Shown piece after piece: positions 54,621-64,000 of a DNA stretch of 64,000 nt. Location: assembly GCF_006345805.1 (NCBI RefSeq), contig NC_043021.1, forward strand, positions 22,878,001-22,942,000, in the 5' to 3' direction. A model generated the notes under the pieces. The model searched no databases, was not told the origin of the DNA, and saw nothing but the letters and a program-made list of their open reading frames with translations. Numbering within the stretch: the stretch's first letter is position 1; each line of letters begins with the position of its first letter. This DNA is from Octopus sinensis (lineage: Eukaryota). The position numbers and the translations under genes were made by a program.

Positions 54621-55465
54621 GATGCATCTGAATGGCTATGATCTGTAATTATTCTTTGATGTTCAGGTGTCCTAAGGACTTCCCCATCCGAACAGAATAT
54701 CAAATAACATTCTGCTTCGGCTTCATTCTGTCTCTTTTGCTGAACCGCTAAGTCACGCCGAGGTACAGAAACCAACTCCTGCGGTCAACAAATTGTGGCG
54801 GACGTCTACAAGCATATAAATAGAAGAACGCACACACACACACACATGCACGCTCACAGACATACACTTACAAACATGTAAACATACACACATACAAACA
54901 TATAAACAGAAGCACACGCATACATACAAGCATATAAAGAAAACACATACACACATACACGCTCATACACATAAAAACACACACACATACAAGCATATAA
55001 ACAGAAGCATACGCACATACACGCTCACACACATATAAACACACTGCCTCATACATGCACACGCTCACACAGATATAAATATATACACACACGTACACGC
55101 ATATAAATTAACACATAAACACACACACACATACTCACACATACAGCCACACACGTACACACGTACTCGCACATATACACACTCACACATACATTCACAT
55201 AAATACTGTACATACATTCACACATACAGTCACATGAATACATTCACACACATTTATGCTTGTTTTTTTTAATGTTTTAGTAACAATACAATCGGACATT
55301 AATTTGAAGAATTACTCAATTCGTTTCGCACAAATTTATTCTTCTTTAACAAGATTAGCACTGACAATAAATTCGAAGTTTGGAACAGTCAACGATGGGT
55401 TAGCTAGTCCGAAACTTCGAAATCACAATCAATTCTATTCTTGGTAAATAATATTCTCTCCCCCT

Positions 55466-55496
<31 letters not shown>

Positions 55497-55505
55497 ATAT
55501 ATATA

Positions 55506-55624
55506 TCACCGTGATCACCGTGACCGACCAGGCTATCAGATGTTGCTACACATCGTGGTGACAATGCGTTTCGCATTGTTTTAATCTTTAAATGACGCCA
55601 TCCCGCTGGCTAAGCGAGCAGGCC
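55506..55624 (-). mobile_element. Stand-alone SINE family B tail variant B
   Basis: Reverse complement of 15930-16050; begins exactly at the ggcctgctcgc junction. Confidence 0.8.
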
Positions 55625-55628
55625 ATAT

Positions 55629-55666
<38 letters not shown>

Positions 55667-55684
55667 TAAATATATATATATTAT

Positions 55685-55721
<37 letters not shown>

Positions 55722-55746
55722 GATATTGACATTATTAAATATACAT

Positions 55747-55790
<44 letters not shown>

Positions 55791-55839
55791 TATATTATAT
55801 ATATATACATATATATACAGATAGATAGAGGAGAGAGGG

Positions 55840-55840
<1 letters not shown>

Positions 55841-55934
<94 letters not shown>

Positions 55935-56350
55935 CATGTACTTTCTGTTTCCCAGGCATCTAATCACAATGCTTTGGACGAGGCCATAGCTGAAGATAGT
56001 TGGACAAAGTGCCGCGCGGTGGGACTAAACCGAAGTGCAAGTTGTCGAGAAATAAGCTTCTAACCTCGGAACCACACAAGTTTAATATCATTCTAGAAAG
56101 TTCTATCACGAGAGAAAATGCTGTATCGATTATGACGATGGGGGTTTCAGCGGAAGCGATCAGCGGAACAATCTACTCCTGAAGTAAACGTGCAAGTTTG
56201 CTAACTACTCCACAGTCACGTGTGGGAAGCTTACTTCCCGATAACCTGTACATGGGTTCAGTTCGACTGTGCGGCACTTTGTCCAAGTATCTTCAATGCT
56301 GGCCTCGATGCAACCAAAGCACTGTGAGTAGATATCGGCGAGATAAAAGC

Positions 56351-56440
<90 letters not shown>

Positions 56441-56456
56441 AATCTATCTATCTATA
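55841..56456. repeat. Fold-back structure: (GATA)n - SINE D(-) - spacer - SINE D(+) - (TATC)n
   Basis: Arms at ~55935-56080 and ~56221-56345 share cggcactttgtccaa.tatcttca and ccaaagca.tgtga.taga; the flanking microsatellites are reverse complements. Confidence 0.7.
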
Positions 56457-56581
56457 TGTCTGTCTAGCTAACTAACACTCCGTCTGTCTATGTATCTATC
56501 TATCCATATATCTATCTATCCATCTACCTATCTATCTATCTATCTATCTATCCATCTATCAATCTATTATCTACCTCTCAG

Positions 56582-56722
56582 TGTGACACACAATCTGACA
56601 CAGCTGGCCCCTTTAACATACAAGTACTATTTATTTTTGCCAGCTGAGTGGACAGGAGCAATGTGAAATGAAGTGTCTTGCTGAAGGACACAACACGTCT
56701 CCGGGAATTGAACTCACAAACC
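56582..56722 (-). mobile_element. CORE-type SINE fragment with tail D
   Basis: rc gtgagttcaattcccgg..gcaagacacttcatttcacattgctcc..cactcagctg..agtacttgtatgttaaagggg(c)cagc. Confidence 0.7.
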
Positions 56723-56864
56723 CTCAAAACATTCACTATTATGAACAAGACTTTTTAACGTGACGCCTGCGCTGCGCCAGGAAGTATATATGACTTCGGA
56801 TAATAGTTTTTTCTCTGTATTAATGCCTCTGTTTACATAGATAGGTTATTTTTACTGATAGCTC

Positions 56865-57360
56865 TATTCTTTTCTACTTTACGAACGAGGCCCGAAATTG
56901 TTTTTGGTGGGGGGCAGTCTATTATGTCGGACCAGCATGCAACTGGTACTTTATTTATCGACCTCGAAAGATTGAAAGGCAATATCTCCGCCCCCCCACA
57001 CGTTTTGGTACTTTAGGCACAACGCTCGAAATTTTGGGGGAGGAGGCCAGTCGATTAGATCTACCCCAGCACGCTACTGGTGCTTAATTTAACGACCCCG
57101 AAAGGATGAAAGGCAAAGTTGACCTTGGCGGAATTTGAACTCAGAACGTAAGGATAAACGAAATACCGCTGAGCATTTCGCCCGGTGTGTTAACGTTTCT
57201 TATTAATTTATTGGCCATAAGGGGCTAAACACAGAGGGGACAAACAAAGTATTAAGTCGATTACATCGTACCTAGTGCGTAACTGGTACTTAATTTATCG
57301 ACCCCGAAAGGATGGAAGGCAAAGTCGACCTCGGCGGAATTTGAACTCAGAACGTAAAGC
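56865..57360 (-). mobile_element. Three adjacent SINE family A copies (tails T, T, M)
   Basis: Three reverse copies of the ...cccgaaagga(t/g)gaaaggcaaagt.gacc.. core near 56960, 57095 and 57300. Confidence 0.85.
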
Positions 57361-57990
57361 ATTTCCTTTACTGACTGCAATATCGTCAAACTTCTGTGTG
57401 CGTGTTTTCTGACAATAAATAACGATTTTTCTTTTTCCGAATTTTTTTCTTTCCTTAAAGTTTGCTGCATTGCTATTAAAGTTTCTATTTTGTCGTTCTT
57501 TATAATGTTTTTTTTTTATGTTGTGTTGTTATTCTAAATTGAAACTTTTTCCTAGGTGTTATCTCACTTTGCGTGTGTTGAATGTAAACACAAAATAACA
57601 TCTAAACAAAAAAAAAAATGTATAAACTCTAGAAAGAAAATTCCTAATTTTTTTTTTTTGTAATCGAGATACGTCAGAGAAGTTCTCTGAATGAGATATC
57701 AAAAACATACTCTGAAGGAGATTTGAAAAACAAACAACATCATAAAACATAAGATATCATTTAAGGCTTGCTTATAAAAATAATATATTCTATAATGAAT
57801 GGCAACATCGCAAACATTTCCTCGTCAAAAGACGCAATAAATAATAATAATAATAATATAATAATAAACTAATAATAATAATAATAATAATAATAATATA
57901 ATAATAAAATAATAATAATAATAATAATGATAAATAATGATAATAATAATAATAATAATAATAATATAATAATAATATAATAATAATAAT

Positions 57991-58300
57991 AGGAGCACTA
58001 GAAATGATCAAGAAGGGAACGAAAATTATATGAGAATGATCCCTGGCTTACCATCCCGCAGAAGTGCAAAAGATTGTCTTAACTGGTAATCACACGTATT
58101 GAGAAGAGCATTGTCGATGTGAGAACTATTTACTACCCATTATTTTTAATTTACTTTAAAAAAAAAATTAACGAACTATGAGTTAGTTTAATGGCCTACA
58201 AATGTATACTATGAGTTACTTTGCCCTAGGAGTCGGGAAGACACTCGGCAAGAAATGGAAGCAAATTTGAAGGAAGAAGAAAAACCCATAAATAATAATA
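57991..58300 (+). mobile_element. 5'-truncated R4/Dong-like (RLE) non-LTR retrotransposon 3' end inside (AAT)n
   Basis: Reads GALEMIKKGT/NYMRMIPGLPS/EVQKIVLTG.SHVLRRALSM* (stop 58120-58122; frameshifted). This is like the GALG...QK.VL.GT..ILR C-terminus of R4-clade ORFs. (AAT)n arrays lie on both flanks. Confidence 0.7.
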
Positions 58301-58384
58301 ATATTACTACTACTACTAATAATAATAACAATAATAATAATAGTAATAGAGGGTCCAAATTATGCCATAACTGCAGCAATTTTG

Positions 58385-58523
58385 GAGTCGATTACATTGA
58401 CCCAACTGTTCAAGTTCAACTGGTATTTTAATCGCCCCCTAGGCAAAGTTGACCTCGGTAGCATTTGAAATCAGAACGTTCGGCAGACGAAATACCGCGG
58501 AATATTTCTCCCGGTGTGCTAAC
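58385..58523 (-). mobile_element. Decayed SINE family A
   Basis: aggcaaagttgacctcgg..tttgaaatcagaacg..gacgaaataccgc..ccggtgtgctaac. Confidence 0.7.
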
Positions 58524-58784
58524 ACAGGGCATAAAAAAGAAATCTACAAGACTGTTATTGTAGAGTGAAAGTGGAAGCTCACGCTAGATATGACAGTCGC
58601 AAATTACCGTATACTAATGGAATTGTCACGGATGGAAAGGTAATAAGATCAAATCTAGTTCAAACATTGAAATTCAACGAAGAAAACACAAGTAAAATTA
58701 TTCTATATGATATAATTATGATAGTGCTTGAAACAGAACATAAAACATAAGGACTATGAGGTTATATATAAATATATATATATT

Positions 58785-59117
58785 GAGAACCCCTTCGGTC
58801 ATGACTGACCATGGGATTGCACCACTTACTCTCTCGGGCAAAAGTCCAGGCAAGGTTGTTTATGGAAGACCAGCAGTCACCCATGCATACCGGCCTCCCC
58901 TCTCCACGTCACCGATGTTGTCCAAGGGAAAGGCAAAGGGGCCGATACAGCTTGGCACCTGTGACGTCGCAACTCATTTCTACAGCTGAGTGAACTGGAG
59001 CAACGTGAAATAAAGTGTCTTGCTCAAGAACACAACACGCAGCCCGGTCCGAGTATCGAGCTCATAGCCTCACGATCGTAAGCTCGACGCTCTAACCACT
59101 GAGCCACGCGCCTTCAC
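58785..59117 (-). mobile_element. CORE-type SINE family C, full length
   Basis: rc head gtgaaggcgcgtggctcagtggttagagcgtcg, CORE-like ttcttgagcaagacactttatttcacgttgctccag, tail gcaatcccatggtcagtcatgaccgaaggg. Confidence 0.85.
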
Positions 59118-59167
59118 TTCTACATACTGAGTACATATTTTGTCACAGTGTCTACAACTGTTTTCAG

Positions 59168-59225
59168 CTGCATTCTGATGGACATCAGAAGGGGCAGAAT
59201 AATTACGAAGATGCAGAGATATTAC
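59168..59225 (+). CDS. Candidate 58-nt exon (LHSDGHQKGQNNYEDAEIL or CILMDIRRGRIITKMQRYY)
   Basis: Acceptor ctacaactgttttcag and donor TAC|gtaagt; two frames open. Confidence 0.33.
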
Positions 59226-59522
59226 GTAAGTTTCCTTCTCACGCTCTTCACTTCGGGCACAGATGTCCTTGTCTTTGTAACACACTTATGTCTCGAAAAG
59301 AAATCACAACCCGGTTTATCATATCACAAACTGTTTGTTCGAGAGTAAAATAGTAATTGACAAACTGGATTAATCACTTATATCACAGACTTTAACTTCA
59401 AAAATTCATCGTTCTTTTTCGCAAAATACCACATTCTGTGAGTTACTGTTGTTATATATATATCACCTTTTTTTTTCTTTCAAAATGTACAAGACAAATA
59501 TATTTTCTGTAAAAGAAAAAAC

Positions 59523-59571
<49 letters not shown>

Positions 59572-59899
59572 ACATGCGCAATACCTGGATTCAGTTGAAA
59601 AAACTAAATTTGATTTCCATTTAAAATAAGAAAAATGTTTTAGTTTTGTTTTTCACTTTGTACATATATTTCTGCTGTTGTTAGATATAATACGAGCGCA
59701 AAAATTTGTTTTGTAAAGTCATTTCCCACTTCACAACATGAAAAGAGGAAAAGAAAACAAAGAGATTCGAATATTTTATAGAGAATATACACCAAATATC
59801 ACAAATATTTCGAAGTCATTTCACTTGATGAAAATAACAAAAACAACGTTAATAAGGTCTAAGCGTGAATACTTCCGGTGTAATGTTAGTAATAATAGT

Positions 59900-60019
59900 A
59901 ACACTAATAATTCTACTACGGCTACTACTACAACTACTCACTGCTACCGCTATTGCTGCTGCCACTACTACTAGGACGGTGAATAATAACAATAATAATA
60001 ATAATAATAATAATAATGA

Positions 60020-60050
<31 letters not shown>

Positions 60051-60074
60051 AGTAATGATAATAATAATAGTAAA

Positions 60075-60105
<31 letters not shown>

Positions 60106-60120
60106 TTAATAATAATAATA

Positions 60121-60171
<51 letters not shown>

Positions 60172-60404
60172 TAAAATAATAATAATAATAATAAGAAGAA
60201 GAAGAATAAGAGGAAGAAGAAGAATAAGAAGAAGAAGACGACGATGACGACGAAGGAAGACGGAGGAAGTGAAGAAGGGGAGTATGTGCCAGAATAAGAG
60301 GAGGAGGAGGAGCGGAGGAGGATGAAAACGAAGAGTGAGAGTGAAATAGATTAATGAAAGAAGCGACATTATTTCGGTAGTGATCCCGATTAATCAGATA
60401 GGTG

Positions 60405-60468
<64 letters not shown>

Positions 60469-60526
60469 CAACACGGATAATGATGGCAATGATGACGTTA
60501 GGGAATGTGATGATTGATATTTATGA

Positions 60527-60560
<34 letters not shown>

Positions 60561-60960
60561 GGTGGTGCTGGTGCTGGTGGTGGTGGTGGTGGTGGTGGTG
60601 GTGAAGATGATGATGATGATGACAATGACGGTGATGGTGATGGTGTTTGTGGTGCTGGCTGTACCGGTGAATTTCATTTTGCTGCTCAATGCGCTGTCAA
60701 GTTGGCGGCCATGGTTGTGGTATTGGTGGTGGTTGATAATGAGGATGATGATGATGATGACGACGACGACGACGACGATGCTGATGATGATGATGATGAC
60801 GATGACGATGATGATGATGATGATGACGATGACGATGATGATGTTAATGATGCTGACAATGATGATGATAATGGTGATGGCGATGGCGATGGTGAGGAGG
60901 AGGAGAAGGAAAAGGAGGTGGAAGAAGTTTAGCATTGTGATGATGATCATGATCATGAAG
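59900..60960. repeat. (AAT)/(GAT)/(GGT)/(GAA) trinucleotide field
   Basis: Directly visible. Confidence 0.93.
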
Positions 60961-61368
60961 GAAAGATGAAAATGGTAAAAAGAATTCGCGGAATTTTTAA
61001 AATAGAAAGCGAAGAACTGGATGATGAGACAATAAACATTTAGAAAAAAAATGAAAATAACAAAAATATGGTAAAAGCATAAAACCGAAAAAAAAAAGAA
61101 GAAAACGAATAGAGAAGATTCATATCCAGTAATTTCAACACATTTTCTGTAGAAGATTGCAGACTATGAGACCAGGAAATTATTCCGAAGAATTCTTTAG
61201 AAATACTCCAGAACGTTTTTATAGGAGAGCACTTCATACATTTGGCGTGTCTATTCTTTCTGTTTCTCTGGATTTAGCAAAAATACAATAATGAAAGATT
61301 AATGTAAGTGAGTTCGTGAATATGTAGGTGTGTGTGTGTGTGTATGCGGGTGTGTGTCTGTGTCTATA

Positions 61369-61408
<40 letters not shown>

Positions 61409-61521
61409 CTTCCGCATATGTGTGTGGTTTTGTGTGAACGTATGCATTTATATATAATAAATTGTATGAGAAGGAGAAAGGAAACGACAAGAATTCCAGC
61501 TCATAAACTTCAATACATACC

Positions 61522-61559
<38 letters not shown>

Positions 61560-61779
61560 GGTGTGTGTGTGTGTGTGTGTCTGTAGGTGTGTGTGTGAAA
61601 GTGTGTGTGCGTGTAATGATACAGCACACATACACACATGCACAAACATATATTTATACACATGTTCATACCGTGTAACCTGGTTACCACATATGTGTAC
61701 AAAACATCATTTCGCACTCCCATATTGTCTTGAGAATTTTCAACGATTTGTAGAGTGACAGGTCACAAAAATCATGTAT

Positions 61780-61873
61780 ATAGACAGAGATAGAGAGATA
61801 AATTGGTTGATAGATAGATAGACAGATAGGTGGATAGGTAGATAGGTAAATAGGTAAATAGATAAATAAATAT

Positions 61874-61931
<58 letters not shown>

Positions 61932-61932
61932 T

Positions 61933-61998
<66 letters not shown>

Positions 61999-62191
61999 CA
62001 GGTATATAGGTAGATAGATAGATAAATACCAAAATAGATAGATAAAATAGATAGGTATATAGATAGATAGAAAAATAAATTGATAGATTAATAAATAGAT
62101 AGATAGATAGTTAGATAGATAGATACGCATTCAATATATGCATATATGCATAAGAACATATTCGTATAATATATATATATATATATATATA

Positions 62192-62277
<86 letters not shown>

Positions 62278-62280
62278 TAT
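61780..62280. repeat. (GATA)n then (TA)n microsatellites
   Basis: Directly visible. Confidence 0.93.
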
Positions 62281-62891
62281 ATATAAGCGCAGGGGCGGGG
62301 TTGTGGCAAGAAGCTTGCTTCCGCCTCGGTTGTGTCAGGGCTGCTCTTACACTGCAGAAGTCGCCACGCTGGTGTACACCTGGCGAAATATTGATTGAAA
62401 AAGAAGCTCAGCTCTCATGTAAGACTTTTGCTTCTTGGGATCCAGTGGTTGCTTGTTGTTTGCTGTATTATATTTTGTACAAACAAGAAATCCTCACTGG
62501 ATTCTGAACTCTGGTCTGCCTTCATTTGGGCAAAATTGTTAACTATTAAGTGAATTATTTTGGTGGGTGGATCTTCTGTTGCCATAAACTGTGGATTGTT
62601 TTCTGCTGTTGTGAAGATTATGACCTGCATACGGGATACCGTAATTATGACCTGTATACAAGATACCGAATGGCCTCCACAGATAGCTGTGGAGGTCATA
62701 ACGTTGCCCGCGTTGCAAAGGCTGAAGAAGGCCAACGAGGAATACCGCTTGTGGCCGGGCGGCCCCGTCACATCACCTGCTTTGTGTTTGAGTGAGGCGT
62801 GGGAAATGCATTTATATTGGATAACACCATACAAAATTCTGGTGCATCTAACTTAAGTACCATATTCCTTTGAATCTAAATTTGCTGAACT

Positions 62892-62928
<37 letters not shown>

Positions 62929-63025
62929 GTACATACATATGTGTGTGTGCATGTAGTGCATATATATCCTCTCTCAGAGATACATACTGACGCACAGTCA
63001 CTAACATACATACATACATACATAC

Positions 63026-63069
<44 letters not shown>

Positions 63070-63227
63070 TAATATATGTATATATATATGTATATATGTA
63101 TATATTATAATATGCAGATATTTCGCTATGTGAAATTACATTTGTGTATTCACATAATTACTTTTTATTCATAGCTGCCAGAAACCCGATCGTTGGGAGT
63201 ACTGAAGATTCTATAAATATATATATA

Positions 63228-63258
<31 letters not shown>

Positions 63259-64000
63259 AATATATATATACATATATATATATATGGATATATATATATA
63301 CATATATATATATAAATATATTAAATATATATACATATATATATATAGACATATATATATATATAACATACAATTTATATATGTGCATATATATATACAT
63401 ATATACACATATATATATATATATAATTATGTATTATGTATATATATATTGAATTGAACGGGTAAATATGCTGTCTTCCATAATATAATTTTTTGTTTTT
63501 CAACTGTCAATTTAATCTCTTTTTGTTGTATTACTGAAGATATACACAGAACCGTTGAATATGGGTATGTTAAGCGTAGGAGTTTAATGTGTCTTTGTGT
63601 TTAAGTGTATGCGCGTAAGTCTGTGTGTGTGTGTGTGTGTGTGTGTGCTCTAGAGTGTTTGGTTGTATCATTATATATATACACACACACATATATATAT
63701 ATATATTCACATAATATACATACATATATATATATATATGTATGTATTTAGTTTTGTATTGGTTTATATATGTAGGCAGGCATGCATTCACCTACATACA
63801 CCCATGTATGTATACTAGCATATACACACTTACAGTCACACACAGACACATAGACACTCACTTTTATATATATATATATATATATATATTCATGTATATA
63901 CATGTATATATATTGATATGTAGATATATAGGTGCCTAGATGTATGTAAATATATGAGCATTGAGCATATATCGATATGATATATAGATATAATTAGATA

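Noticed and set aside
52421-54627. Long His-rich, Ile/Thr-rich and poly-Asp ORFs (297, 382, 242, 176 aa) as structural or biomineral proteins
   Set aside because: They are alternative frames of (GAT/CAT)n arrays, which are stop-free in most frames by construction; no signal peptide, domain or splice support.

Overview
This is AT-rich eukaryotic DNA, not prokaryotic. It is saturated with microsatellites ((TA)n, (GATA)n, (CA)n, (AAT)n, (GAT)n, (TAG)n, (TTC)n). It also carries many tRNA-derived SINEs, 3' ends of non-LTR retrotransposons and decayed Tc1/mariner elements. The repeat families and style point to a coleoid cephalopod, most likely Octopus (inference from repeat recognition, not a database result). 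A 100-N assembly gap lies at 35929-36028. I could not recognise any intact host protein-coding gene, and almost all ORFs in the supplied track are translations of simple repeats. Protein-like sequence I can identify: a near full-length dead mariner (36281-37460), a second mariner remnant (6127-6910), a maT-type transposase remnant (30703-31348), an RTE LINE end with three C2H2 fingers (4714-5110), another RTE end with a TSD (11618-11745), and an R4/Dong-like LINE end inside (AAT)n (57991-58300). The most interesting structure is in the retroposons: SINEs with an internally multimerised ~183-bp unit, SINE head/core/tail module swapping, fold-back SINE pairs and Penelope-type hammerhead-ribozyme relics. 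Several short segments with strong splice signals on both strands may be exons of large-intron genes, but these calls are tentative.
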